From the NCBI GenBank assembly GCA_963756195.1, contig CAVWMT010000006.1, positions 82,206-146,205 of the forward strand: a DNA stretch of 64,000 nucleotides, written 5' to 3'. Position numbers and translations under genes: made by a program. The DNA is from an uncultured Acidimicrobiaceae bacterium (GTDB lineage Bacteria > Actinomycetota > Acidimicrobiia > Acidimicrobiales > RAAP-2). Shown one piece after another: positions 12,064 through 21,946 of this stretch (within the stretch, counting starts at the first letter, position 1; each line of letters begins with the position of its first letter). The notes beneath the pieces were generated by a model. That model had not been told where the DNA came from. It was given only the letters and a program-made list of their open reading frames with translations, and did no database searches.

Positions 12064-12070
12064 CGAGGCC
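12015..12070 (+). repeat. 16-bp tandem repeat x3.5 (acgagaccaccggctg) spanning the stop codon of the preceding CDS
   Basis: Copies lie at 12015-12030, 12031-12046 and 12047-12062 (one substitution), with a partial copy at 12063-12070. TGA triplets at 12029, 12045 and 12061 fall in all three frames. Confidence 0.9.
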
Positions 12071-12131
12071 GTAGGGACACCGGGAGCGGCGGGAGCGGCA
12101 GGCGGGCCCGGAGAAGACGGGAAGGAGCGCC

Positions 12132-13413
12132 GTGGCACCGCCGGACGTCCTGCAAATGGCCGACGATCTGTGGAAGGGGCGGGTCACGACCCAACGGGTG
12201 CATCCCGTCGGGCTCTCGACCTCGGGCATGGCCGAGGTGGCCGACGGGGTGGCCTTCGTGCCGTCCTTCGCCAACGTGTCGGCCATCGACACCGATGACG
12301 GGCTGGTGCTGGTGGACACCGGCAGCTCCTTTGCCGCCGCCTCCGTGCACGAGACACTGCGCACGTGGTCGCCGCGCCGGCTGCACACCGCCGTCTACTC
12401 GCACGGGCACATCGACCACGTCTTCGGCGTGCCGGTGTGGGAGTCGGAGTCGGCGGCACGCGGTTGGCCGGCACCGGTGGTCGTGGCCCACGAGGCACTC
12501 CCCGAGCGGTTCGACCGCTACATCCGCACCGCCGGCTACAACGGCATCATCAACCGCCGGCAGTTCGCCATCGAGAACCTCGAGTGGCCGACGGAGTACC
12601 GCTATCCCGACCGCACCTACCGCGACCATCTCGACCTGGAGGTGGGCGGGACCCGGGCCGAGCTCCACCACGCCCGGGGCGAGACCGACGACCACACCTG
12701 GACCTGGTTCCCCGATCGGCGGGTGCTCTGCTGCGGCGACCTCTTCATCTGGGCCTCGCCCAACGCCGGCAACCCCCAGAAGGTGCAGCGCTATCCCCAG
12801 GAGTGGGCCGACGCCCTGCGGCGCATGCTGGCCCTCTTCGACCGAGCCGAAGGCGGCCCGAGCGTGCTCCTGCCGGGACACGGCTACCCGGTGGTGGGCG
12901 AGGACCGGGTGCGCCAGGCCCTCTCGGACACCGCCGCCCTGCTCGAGTCGCTCGTGAGCCAGACACTCGAACTCATGAACCGCGGCGCCCGTCTCGACGA
13001 GGTCATCCACACCGTGACCCCGCCCGCCGACCTCATGGGGCGCCCCTACCTGCAGCCCGTCTACGACGAGCCCGAGTTCATCGTGCGCACGGTCTGGCGC
13101 CGCTACGGAGGCTGGTGGGACGGCAACCCGGCCACCTTGAAGCCCGCTCCCGAGCGGGCGCTGGCCGCCGAGCTGGCCGCGCTCGCCGGCGGGGCCGGGG
13201 CCCTCGCCGACCGGGCGCTCGCCCTCCTCGCCGGTCCCCGGGGACGACGCCGCCCTGCGGCTGGCCGGCCATCTGGCCGAGCTGGCCTGGCTGGCCGCAC
13301 CCGGCGACCCGGCCATCGGCGAGGCCCGCCGGCAGGTGTTCACCGCCCGGGCCGACGCCGCTTCCTCGACCATGGCCCACGGGGTCTTTTCCTGGGCCGC
13401 CCGAGAGTCCTGA
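12132..13413 (+). CDS. MBL-fold metallo-hydrolase (alkyl/aryl-sulfatase-like), one frame shift near 13236-13243
   Basis: Contains the HxHxDH motif (YSHGHIDHVFG) and GETDDHTWTWFPDRRVLCCGDLF. After ALALLAGP the natural continuation GDDAALRLAGHLAELAWLAAPGDPAIGEARRQVFTARADAASSTMAHGVFSWAARES-stop (TGA 13411) is one base out of frame, at a ccccgggg run. The 773-aa track ORF is a read-through fusion with ctaC. Confidence 0.8.
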
Positions 13414-13490
13414 CCGGGCGTCCGAGAGCGGTTCGACGAACCCCGTTCCCAACTACAAATTTGGGCCCGCTCCCCACTAGTGTCAGCGCC

Positions 13491-14453
13491 GTGAACGGCT
13501 TCACAAAGGGGCGGTGGCAGAGCTGGTCCCTGCGCCCGCCAGCCGGGACCGAGCGACCAGGCGGCGTCGGTGCCACCCAAGCCGCCGCCCGCCGCCACCT
13601 CCGCCGCCTGACGGCGGCCGGCGCGCTGGTCGTCTGTGCCCTGGCTCTGGGCGGGTGCAGCTTCTACCCGACGTACTGGGCCAGCCGGGGCGCGACCACC
13701 CAGGGCCACGAGATCTTCAAGCTCTACTCCGGCATGATGACGACCGGGATCGTCGTCGGTGGGCTGGTCTTCCTGCTCATCCTCTACACCGTGGTCCGCT
13801 ACCGGCAGCGCAAGGACGACATGCCCTCGCAGTTCCACGAGAACGTGCCCATCGAGTTCATCTACACGGTCGTGCCCATCCTCATCGTGGCCGTGCTGTT
13901 CTTCTTCACCGTGCTCACCGAGAACAACGTCGACTCCATCCAGGCCATCGACGCCTCTGTGTCGACCACCGGCCAGCCGGTGGTCGACATCCGGGTCACG
14001 GCCTTCCAGTGGGGCTGGCGGTTCGACTACCCCCATCTCGACGTGGGGGTGGCCGGCGAGCTGACCAACGGGCCCGACAACCACGGCCCCCAGATGGTGG
14101 TCCCGGCAGGCGAGACGGTCCAGATCACCCTGGTCTCCGACGACGTCATCCACGGCTTCTACGTCCACGACTTCGACTTCAGCCGCTACGCCCTCCCCGG
14201 TGTCATCAACATCTTCGACCTCAACGTGCTGCACCAGGGCACCTACTTCGGGCAGTGCACGCAGTTCTGCGGCCTCTACCATTCGGAGATGCTCTTCAGC
14301 GTGCGAGCGGTCAGCCCCTCGGGCTTCCAGGCCTGGGCCGCCCAGGAGGTGCGCACCGGCCACACCCTCCAGCGGTCGGGCTCTGGCGCCGCGAACAACC
14401 CACCGCCGTACACCACCCAGTACCCCCGCAATCCCGGCGACCGCAATGGCTGA
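13491..14453 (+). CDS. ctaC: Cytochrome c oxidase subunit II
   Basis: GTG 13491. Signal or lipobox-like LVVCALALGGC, two TM segments, and the CuA site HGFYVHDF ... CTQFCGLYHSEM. Confidence 0.9.
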   Translation: MNGFTKGRWQSWSLRPPAGTERPGGVGATQAAARRHLRRLTAAGALVVCALALGGCSFYPTYWASRGATTQGHEIFKLYSGMMTTGIVVGGLVFLLILYTVVRYRQRKDDMPSQFHENVPIEFIYTVVPILIVAVLFFFTVLTENNVDSIQAIDASVSTTGQPVVDIRVTAFQWGWRFDYPHLDVGVAGELTNGPDNHGPQMVVPAGETVQITLVSDDVIHGFYVHDFDFSRYALPGVINIFDLNVLHQGTYFGQCTQFCGLYHSEMLFSVRAVSPSGFQAWAAQEVRTGHTLQRSGSGAANNPPPYTTQYPRNPGDRNG

Positions 14454-14483
14454 CCCCGCGCGCCGACCGGCCAAAGGATCGCC

Positions 14484-16226
14484 ATGACCACCACCATCGA
14501 ACGTCCAGGCATCATCGGGCCTGAGGAGCCGGCCGGACACGTCGGCGACCTTCACGGCCATCACGAGGGCCCCACCGGCATCGTCAACTGGCTGACGTCG
14601 ACCGACCACAAGGTCATCGGCAAGAGCTACATGATCACCTCGCTCGTGATCTTCTTCATCGCCGGGATCATGGCCCTGTTCATGCGCGCCGACCTGGCCG
14701 ACCCCAACGGCTCGTTGCTCTCCTTCCAGACCTACAACGAGCTGTTCACCATGCACGGCAGCCTCATGATGTACCTGTTTGCCGGGCCCTTCGCCTTCGG
14801 CGGCCTGGCCAACTTCATCGTCCCCTTGCAGGTGGGGGCGCCGGACATGGCCTTCCCCCGGCTCAACGCCCTCTCCTACTGGCTGTACCTGAGCGGCGCG
14901 ATCGTGATGCTGTCGGGCTTCCTCGTGGCCGGAGGAGCGGCCAGCTTCGGCTGGGTCTCCTACGCACCGCTCTCCAACGCCACCAACTCGCCGGGAGCAG
15001 GGGCCGACCTCTGGCTCATGGCCCTCGCCCTCACCGGGTTCTCGGCCATCTTCACCGGTGTCAACCTGATCACCACCATCTTCTATCTGCGGGCGCCGGG
15101 CATGACCATGTTCCGGGTGCCCATCTTCTCGTGGAACATGCTGGTCACCGGCATCCTCATCCTCATCGCCTTCCCGGTGCTGTTCGGGGCGGTGGTCATG
15201 CTGTTCTGCGACCGCCACTTCGGGACCCACATCTTCACCGTGCAAGGGGGCGGCGTGCCCGTGCTCTGGCAGAACCTCTTCTGGTTCTTCGGCCACCCCG
15301 AGGTCTACATCCTGGCCCTGCCCTACTTCGGCATGGTCACCGACATCATCCCGGTCTTCTCCCGCAAGCCGCTCTTCGGCTACAAGGGCATGGTCTTCGC
15401 CACCATGTCCATCGCCGCCCTCTCCACCGGTGTGTGGGCCCACCACATGTTCACCACCGGCGTGGTGCTGCTCCCGTTCTTCTCCCTGCTCTCCTACCTC
15501 ATCGCCGTGCCCACCGGCATCAAGTTCTTCAACTGGATCGGCTCCATGTGGGGCGGCCAGATCAGCTTCCAGACGCCCATGCTGTTCTGCATCGGGTTCC
15601 TCTTCGCCTTCCTGATGGGCGGCGTCACCGGCATCCTGCTCGCCTCGCCGCCGGTCGACTTCATGACCCACGACACCTACTTCGTGGTGGCCCACTTCCA
15701 CCAGGTGCTGGTGGGCACCGCCGTCTTCGCCGGGTTCGCCGGCTTCTACTGCTGGTATCCCAAGATGTTCGGCCACATGCTCAACGACACCCTGGGCAAG
15801 CTCCACTTCTGGTCACTGTTCATCGGCTTCTGGGTCACCTACATGCCCCAGTACGTCCTCGGCCTGGAGGGCATGCCCCGTCGGGTGGCCGCCTACCTGC
15901 CCACCAACGGATGGACCGGCCTCAACGTGGTCTCGACCATCGGTGCCTTCGTCATGGGCGGCTCGTTCCTGTTCTTCCTCGTGAACATCTTCGTCTCGTG
16001 GCGCAAGCAGGTGCCGGCCGGCGACAACCCGTGGGACGGCCACACCCTCGAGTGGTTCACCTCCTCGCCGCCGCCGCACCACAACTACGCCCACCTGCCG
16101 CCCATCCGCTCGGAGCGCCCGACCTGGGACTACAACCACCCCGAGCACCGCAAGGTGCACTGGACGGAGCGGAAGCCGGACAGTGAGCCCGAACGCGAGC
16201 CCGAGCCCGTGGGGTCGGGCTCGTGA
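14484..16226 (+). CDS. ctaD: Cytochrome c oxidase subunit I
   Basis: Intact 580 aa: [37 protein letters not shown]. Confidence 0.97.
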   Translation: MTTTIERPGIIGPEEPAGHVGDLHGHHEGPTGIVNWLTSTDHKVIGKSYMITSLVIFFIAGIMALFMRADLADPNGSLLSFQTYNELFTMHGSLMMYLFAGPFAFGGLANFIVPLQVGAPDMAFPRLNALSYWLYLSGAIVMLSGFLVAGGAASFGWVSYAPLSNATNSPGAGADLWLMALALTGFSAIFTGVNLITTIFYLRAPGMTMFRVPIFSWNMLVTGILILIAFPVLFGAVVMLFCDRHFGTHIFTVQGGGVPVLWQNLFWFFGHPEVYILALPYFGMVTDIIPVFSRKPLFGYKGMVFATMSIAALSTGVWAHHMFTTGVVLLPFFSLLSYLIAVPTGIKFFNWIGSMWGGQISFQTPMLFCIGFLFAFLMGGVTGILLASPPVDFMTHDTYFVVAHFHQVLVGTAVFAGFAGFYCWYPKMFGHMLNDTLGKLHFWSLFIGFWVTYMPQYVLGLEGMPRRVAAYLPTNGWTGLNVVSTIGAFVMGGSFLFFLVNIFVSWRKQVPAGDNPWDGHTLEWFTSSPPPHHNYAHLPPIRSERPTWDYNHPEHRKVHWTERKPDSEPEREPEPVGSGS

Positions 16227-16639
16227 GGACGTACGCGCTCTTCCTCATCGGCCTCGGCACCTTCTTCGGCGTCATCGCCCTCGTCTACTGGTTCTGGGGC
16301 TACGAGGACGGCGGCTTCCTCATGCTGATCGGCACGACGCTGCTCGGCATCTTCCCCGGTTCGTACTACCTATGGTGGTCGTACCACATGAAGCTCCAGC
16401 CGGACGACGACCCCGAAGCCGACATGGCCGAAGGGGCGGGCGACGTCGGGTCCTTCCCGCCGTCCAGCATCTGGCCGTTCATCCTCGGGATGGGAGCCCT
16501 CTTCGCCACCCTCACCTTCGTCTTCGGACTGTGGATGGCGCCCATCGCCGCCTCGCTGCTCATCTCCGGAGCCATCGGAGGCACGGTCGAGAGCCGGCGC
16601 GGCGGCATGGTCCGGCGCCAGCACGCCGGCGAGGCCTGA
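16223..16639 (+). CDS. ctaF: Cytochrome c oxidase subunit IV (actinobacterial CtaF)
   Basis: 138 aa with 4 TM. The start overlaps the ctaD stop (GTGA). The N-terminus is [31 protein letters not shown]. Confidence 0.8.
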   Translation: MRTYALFLIGLGTFFGVIALVYWFWGYEDGGFLMLIGTTLLGIFPGSYYLWWSYHMKLQPDDDPEADMAEGAGDVGSFPPSSIWPFILGMGALFATLTFVFGLWMAPIAASLLISGAIGGTVESRRGGMVRRQHAGEA

Positions 16640-16660
16640 GGGCGTCTGCAACCCGAATAG

Positions 16661-16694
16661 GCCGGCGAACTCCGGACCCCGGAGCTGGCCGGCG
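16661..16694 (+). terminator. Imperfect GC-rich stem-loop after ctaF
   Basis: Sequence gccggcgaactccgg-acc-ccggagctggccggc: inner 6-bp and outer 6-bp perfect pairings with an internal mismatch. No T tract. Confidence 0.3.
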
Positions 16695-16765
16695 CCCACC
16701 AACCAGCCGGGCGTCCGTCGGCCCTCGGGCGGCATGGCGGTGACCGGCGCGATGATGCGCAGACC

Positions 16766-17485
16766 ATGGAAGCCCCTCCCGCCTCGGTCGACGTCGGGAC
16801 ACGAACCGCCTTGCACTGCGTCGCCGCCCACGTGCTCGGCCGCCGGCGGGCCGAGGTGAGTGGCCGGTTCGGGCTGCGGGCCACCCCGGGAGGTTTCGGG
16901 ACGCCCGCCTTCGGCGACGGTCCCGAGGTGGTGAGGGTGACAGGCCTCACGATCGTCCACGAGACGGGGGCGGAGAGCGAGCGGATGGCCATCGGAGGGT
17001 CGACGCTCCGGCAGATGGCGTCCTTCGTCGGCGCCGACATCGAGAGCGAATTCTCCTGCGGGGAGGACACGCCGGCGGTCGGCGACCCCGACACCGCTGT
17101 CGACCCCGACCCAGGGACGGCAGGCGTCCTGGCTGCTTGGTACTCGATCGGCTGGGAGGTCCTCGACGTCCTCCTGGGCGAGGTCGACGCCGTCACCACT
17201 TCAGCCACGATCCAGCTGTGGCCCGAACATTTCGACGCCGGCACGACGGTTGTGCTCCCATCTGGGGAGAAGGTGAACCTCGGCTTCTCGCCAGGAGACT
17301 CCTTCGAAGCCGAGCCGTACGCCTACGTAGGACCCTGGAGCAACGAGCGACCGGGCGACCCGGCCTTTTGGAACGCCCCCTTCGGGGCCGTCCTGCGGGC
17401 ATCGGATGTGATGGGCACGACCGATGCGGCGCAGGGCTGCCGAGACTTCCTGGCGGCCGGGCTGCGGAACGCACGAGGAGGGTAG
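16766..17485 (+). CDS. Hypothetical protein
   Basis: 239-aa ORF with non-repetitive, protein-like composition (WPEHFDAGTTVVLPSGEKVNLGFSPGDSFEAEPYAYVGPW). I recognised no family. Confidence 0.5.
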   Translation: MEAPPASVDVGTRTALHCVAAHVLGRRRAEVSGRFGLRATPGGFGTPAFGDGPEVVRVTGLTIVHETGAESERMAIGGSTLRQMASFVGADIESEFSCGEDTPAVGDPDTAVDPDPGTAGVLAAWYSIGWEVLDVLLGEVDAVTTSATIQLWPEHFDAGTTVVLPSGEKVNLGFSPGDSFEAEPYAYVGPWSNERPGDPAFWNAPFGAVLRASDVMGTTDAAQGCRDFLAAGLRNARGG

Positions 17486-17490
17486 ACAAC

Positions 17491-17820
17491 ATGGACGACG
17501 AACTCGCTTACGAAGTGGCAGGTGATGCAAACGGCGAGCCGTCCGACCGCGACTGCGTACACCTCCGGCACCTGCATACCGTCCAGCCGTCCACCGAGGG
17601 TGCCTGCGAGGACTGCCTGCGGGAGGGGTCGCAGTGGGTGCACCTCCGTCTGTGCCTCGAATGCGGGCACATGGGCTGCTGCGACAACTCGCCCCGCCGC
17701 CACGCCTCTGCCCACTGGCAGGCGACGCACCATCCCATCATCCGCTCGGAGGAGCCGGGCGAGGAGTGGGCCTGGTGCTACGCGGATTCCCTGTTCCTAC
17801 TGCCGGCCGGAGGCGGTTGA
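17491..17820 (+). CDS. UBP-type zinc-finger domain protein
   Basis: ATG 17491 follows gaggaggg. Cys/His pattern: CEDCLREGSQWVHLRLCLECGHMGCCDNSPRRHASAHWQATHHP. Confidence 0.75.
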   Translation: MDDELAYEVAGDANGEPSDRDCVHLRHLHTVQPSTEGACEDCLREGSQWVHLRLCLECGHMGCCDNSPRRHASAHWQATHHPIIRSEEPGEEWAWCYADSLFLLPAGGG

Positions 17821-18462
17821 GGGCCGACCCGATTTCTCCCGCTTCCAACCGTTGTGACGGCCGCCAGGCGAACGCACCAACAGCGCCAACGCCAGCACCA
17901 GCAGTATCTCCGCCCCCCTGTCCAGAACGGTGATGGCGCCGACCAGGTAGGCGAGCACGCAGGCCAGGGGCGTCGGCATGAGGGGTCGCAGGCAGCGCAG
18001 AAGCGCGCAGAAGATCCCGACGCTCACCGTCAACCAGAAGAGGAAGGCGGCAATTGCCGGAGCCGGCTCCCAGAGGGCGTCGACCACGAAGAAGCCCAGG
18101 GGACCGTAGGTGAAGACGAAGTGCGTCCCGAACTCGATGTGCCCGACCACGGCACGGTCGAGCGAGTAATTCCAGGACGGATCGAGGCCGACGACGGGGA
18201 TCAAGGTCGACTTGGACATTAGCCAGGAGAGAAGGGCAAGCACGCCGGCCAAGGGTCCATTGGCCCAGAGGAGCGACCGAACCGATCGTGTCCGGCCGGC
18301 GGTCCGAGGATTTGCCGGCGAGGGCGGGTCGGTGCGATCAGCGACCGCATCCACGGTGGGAACCGTCACCATTTCCCGCCCGCTCCTCGATGTCGAAAGA
18401 TGTGATTCGTCGGCACCGTCAAAGCGGACCGATGCTGCCGATATCGCCGATTCTGCCGGCAC
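17797..18462 (-). CDS. Hypothetical integral membrane protein
   Basis: 221-aa ORF with several TM segments (GPLAGVLALLSWLM; APAIAAFLFWLTVSVGIFCALL; LACVLAYLVGAITVL). The start is uncertain (ATG 18372 is an alternative). Its 3' end overlaps the zf-UBP gene by 24 nt. Confidence 0.45.
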   Translation of the reverse strand: MPAESAISAASVRFDGADESHLSTSRSGREMVTVPTVDAVADRTDPPSPANPRTAGRTRSVRSLLWANGPLAGVLALLSWLMSKSTLIPVVGLDPSWNYSLDRAVVGHIEFGTHFVFTYGPLGFFVVDALWEPAPAIAAFLFWLTVSVGIFCALLRCLRPLMPTPLACVLAYLVGAITVLDRGAEILLVLALALLVRSPGGRHNGWKREKSGRPSTASGRQ

Positions 18463-18566
18463 AGAACTGGCTCGATGCAGCGGTGAATGGGCACATCCCG
18501 TGCGTTCCCGACAGACGAGAGGCGGGCAGGCGAACGAGCCTCGCCGGCCGGCGAAGAGGTCCCCCC

Positions 18567-20063
18567 TCAGCGCATGACCCGGCGCACGCCCGGCCCGGTG
18601 ACCAGGTCCGGCGGGGTCAGGTCGATGTAAGTCGGGACGGGCTCGGCTTCGATCTCGTCGTGGCCATCGTCGGGGTGGGGTTCGGTATCGACGGACACGT
18701 ACTCGCCGGTCGCCGAACGCTCGATGATGACCGCTCGCTTGCGCTTGCCGATGCCCTCAGCGGAGCGCATCTCCTGGCAGATCTTGACGGTGACGAAGTA
18801 GGCGATGATGGGGACGACCACCACCGCGATGCGGAAGAACCAGAGCACGGCCTTGAGGGGCAAGTCGAAGAAATTGGCCATCACATCGGTCGACGATGCG
18901 AAGAAGACCATGAACATCAATGCGAGCATCGAGGCGCCGGCCCCGGTGCGCTTGGGCCGGTCACGTGGCCGGTCGAGGAGGTTGTGGTAGGCGAGGTCCT
19001 TGGTGAACCGGGCTTCGAAGAACGGCCACACGAAGAAGATGTTGAAGATGATGCCGGGGAAGATCACCGCCGGCAGGAAGACCTCGAGCGGCAGGGTGTG
19101 GCCGAAGCCCACCCACTCCCAGCTGGGCATGATGCGCAGCGCCCCGTCCAGCCAGCCCATGTACCAGTCCGGCTGCACCGCATAGGAGATCTGGTAGGGC
19201 TCGTACTGGCCGAACTGCCAGATGGGGTTGATCTGGACGAGTCCACCGAGCAGGAAGATGACCCCGGCGACCATGAACATGAACCCGGTGGTCTTGGCCA
19301 TGAAGGTCGGGAACATCGGCGAACCGACGACGTTGTTCTCGGTCCTCCCGCCACCGCCGAACTGGGTGTGCTTCTGTTTGACCAGCAGCCCGAGGTGGGC
19401 GGCCAGGAGCCCGATGATGACGAGCGGGATGATGAGGACGTGGAGGAGGTAGAAGCGTTCGAGGATGGTCCCGTTCCCCGGATAGTTGCCGCCGAAGAGG
19501 AAGAAGGCGATGTAGCTGCCCACCAGGGGGATGGACTCGATGATCGAGTAGGCGATGCGGATGCCGGTCCCCGACACCAGGTCGTCGGGAAGGGAGTAGC
19601 CGAGGAACCCGTTGACGATGGCGAGCAGGAGCATCGACACACCGACCAGCCAGTTGAACTCCCGTGGCTTGCGGAAGGCCCCGGTGAAGAAGATCCGGGC
19701 CATGTGCACGGCGATCGAGCCGAGGAAGATGTCGGCCGCCCAGTGGTGGGCCTGGCGCATGAGCAGTCCCGACTTCACGTCGAAGGAGAGCCCGACCGAG
19801 GTGGCGTAGGCCTCCGACACCCGCTCGCCGTCGAGCGGTCGGTAGGAGCCGTGATAGATGATCTCGTGGGCGGAGGGTACGTAGTAGAGCGATAGGAAGA
19901 CGCCGGTGGCCAGCAGGACGATGAACGAGTAGAGGGCGATCTCCCCGAGAAGGAACGACCAGTGGTCGGGGAAGATCTTGTCGAGGAAGGTGCGACCGGA
20001 TTTGGCGATGCCCAGCCGGTCGTCCACCCACCGCAGCGAGTTGTCGATCTTGTCGTCGATCAT
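18567..20063 (-). CDS. qcrB: Cytochrome bc1 complex cytochrome b subunit
   Basis: Intact 498 aa: FPDHWSFLLGEIALYSF, RQAHHWAADIFL, multiple TM segments. The start overlaps the qcrA stop (ATGA). Confidence 0.95.
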   Translation of the reverse strand: MIDDKIDNSLRWVDDRLGIAKSGRTFLDKIFPDHWSFLLGEIALYSFIVLLATGVFLSLYYVPSAHEIIYHGSYRPLDGERVSEAYATSVGLSFDVKSGLLMRQAHHWAADIFLGSIAVHMARIFFTGAFRKPREFNWLVGVSMLLLAIVNGFLGYSLPDDLVSGTGIRIAYSIIESIPLVGSYIAFFLFGGNYPGNGTILERFYLLHVLIIPLVIIGLLAAHLGLLVKQKHTQFGGGGRTENNVVGSPMFPTFMAKTTGFMFMVAGVIFLLGGLVQINPIWQFGQYEPYQISYAVQPDWYMGWLDGALRIMPSWEWVGFGHTLPLEVFLPAVIFPGIIFNIFFVWPFFEARFTKDLAYHNLLDRPRDRPKRTGAGASMLALMFMVFFASSTDVMANFFDLPLKAVLWFFRIAVVVVPIIAYFVTVKICQEMRSAEGIGKRKRAVIIERSATGEYVSVDTEPHPDDGHDEIEAEPVPTYIDLTPPDLVTGPGVRRVMR

Positions 20064-21000
20064 GGTCGCTCCCAGAAGCCGGGGCCGACTGCCTGGTCGA
20101 ACCCTCCCTGGGCCACCAGGTAGCCGGCGTTGTCGACGGTGATGGGCAGCTGCGGCAGGGGTCGGGGCGCCGGGCCGAACTCAGGAACGGCTCCGGCGTT
20201 GACGTTGAAGATCGACTGGTGGCAGGGGCAGACCAGCTGCTCGGTCTGCTCCTGGTAGAGGCCCACCGGGCAACCGAGGTGGGTGCACATCTTCGAATAG
20301 GCGACATAGCCCTGCACCCCCCATGCGGTGTGCCCGGGCGGCTGCAGGACATAGGGGGGGTCGTTGGGGCCGAGCTCGGCCAGCCGGATGAGGATGACCT
20401 GGTCGGGAGACTCGCCCTCGAACCCCTCGGGGAAGACGGTGAGCACGCCGCCCACCTCGAGGTCGTTGACGGTGACCTTGCGCCCGTTGATGGTGACGAG
20501 GTGGGACCCCTTCTTCCAGTTGGTCTTGAACAGGGTGAGACCCGGCTTCGGGCCGAGTGAGCGCAGGGGGAAGATGAGGACGACGCCCATGGTGGCCGAG
20601 GCCAGGGCGAACAGGCCCCCGAGCAGTCCCCGCCGCTTGAGCACCATGCCGCCGCGCTCGGTGATGGCCGCGGTCATGGCCGCCCGCTCGGCCTCGGTCG
20701 AGTGGAACGCGTGGCGCTCTTCGACGAAGGGGCCCTGGGGCATGAGGTACTTGCCCCAGGCGGTCACCCCGAAGCCGGTGGCCACGAGGCCGACGCCCAG
20801 GGTGACGGCCTCCCATTGCGGCGAGTCGCCGACCCAGAAGACGATGCCGAACCCGAGGAAGCCGAGGAAGCCGACGAACATGGCGGCGGCCGACACCAGC
20901 TGGGCCCGGTCGGGATGCTTGGCGTAAGGCTGGAGGTGCGGGTCGTCGAGCGCGGCCGCCGGCAGCGCGCCGTCCGGTGGGGAGCGGAACCGTCGCTCAC
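20060..21000 (-). CDS. qcrA: Cytochrome bc1 complex Rieske iron-sulfur subunit, one probable indel near the start
   Basis: Rieske boxes CTHLGCPV and CPCHQSIF. The in-frame upstream peptide (PPDGALPAAALDDPHLQPYAKHPDRAQLVSAAA) has no start codon. GTG 21000 overlaps the qcrC stop (GTGA) but is one base out of frame. A G4 run at 20979-20982 is the likely indel site. The length 941 nt is not a multiple of 3. Confidence 0.9.
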
Positions 21001-21946
21001 GCCCGGTCCCCGATCCAGAAGCCGACCAGCATGAGGACGCCCGACCCCGACGAGGAGCCCGACGAAGCCCTCGCCCACCGGGCCGATGCCGCCGAGGCCG
21101 ATGCCACCCCGGTTGACGGGGTGCTGGATGACCTCACGCACATAGGCGGCGATGTCGCGGGCTTCGGGGTCGGTGATGTTGCCCGGGCCGAAGTGGGGCA
21201 TGTTGCCCGGGCCGGTGCGGATGGCCTCGAGGATCTGGGTGGGGGTGGCCAGGTGCAGGCTCGGGGCATACGCCCCTTCGGCCAGGGCGTCGCCGGCGCC
21301 GGTGATGGTGTGGCAGGCGGCGCAGTTGAGGGTGAAGAGGGTGTTGCCGTTCTCCAGGTTGGCCTCCTTGAGGTTGCACGACGGGGATGCCGACACCTTC
21401 GCCGGGGGTCAGCGACTGCACGAAGGCGGCGATCTGGAGGGTCTGGAGGCGGTTGAACCGGGGCGGCTTGCGGGTGGCCTGCACGTAGGAGTTCGCGAGC
21501 GGCATGCGCCCGGTGGACACCCAGAAGTCGACCGTGCCGGCTCCCAGTCCCTGCAGGTTGGGCGCCCGACCGCTGCCCTGGGCCGTCGGTCCGTGGCAGG
21601 ACGAGCAGTTGGAGGCGAACAGCGCCTCCCCCGGGGCCACGAACGACCGGGGCAGGGCCACGTAGTTGATCCCCGAGCCGGGCGTGGCCGTCAGACCCGG
21701 ACAGCACCACGTTGCTCTTTGCGCTCTTGGCCCGGACGGCCGACGGCAGGGTCGGAGGCGGGCTCGTCGATCACGGGCAGGTAGCTGGTGGGGGTGGTGC
21801 TGGTGGCCGAGGCCGGGCCCGGGCTGAAGGCGACGAGGCCGGCGATGGCCACGGCGCCCGACCAGCGCCGCCGGGGCGGCGAAGCGGGCGGTCAGCAGCC
21901 GCCGGACCCGACTCGAGGTGCCCGTCTGTGCATGCGGCGTCCGCAT
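20997..21946 (-). pseudogene. qcrC: Cytochrome bc1 complex diheme cytochrome c subunit, frame broken at least 3 times
   Basis: The first heme site CSSCHG is in ORF 21134..21946. The second heme site CAACHT is in ORF 20764..21396. The C-terminal TM VLMLVGFWIGDRA-stop is in ORF 20997..21710. Shifts lie near 21385-21395 (C4 run), near 21040, and in the signal-peptide region around 21700-21870. Confidence 0.88.

Noticed and set aside
12132-14453. Apparent fusion proteins in the ORF track: MBL-hydrolase + CtaC (773 aa), Acs + HAD (30853..33492, 879 aa), and HemY-tail + Lnt (28220..30862, 880 aa).
   Set aside because: In each case the two parts are joined by an Arg/Pro-rich junk segment. The natural end of the first protein is found one base out of frame, with its own stop (for example TGA 13411 and TGA 31398). 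The second part has its own start and RBS or a GTGA overlap. They are read-through artefacts of indels.
11679-15806. 1375-aa minus-strand ORF, plus similar giants at 18288..19895 (+), 22844..25267 (+), 59903..62056 (+), 3353..5239 (-) and 40291..41670-type fragments.
   Set aside because: They lie antisense to genes with unmistakable motifs (ctaC/ctaD, qcrB, helD, DUF2252b/nuoN). Their composition is extremely Arg/Gly/Asp/His/Pro-rich. They are typical stop-poor shadow frames of a 70% GC genome.
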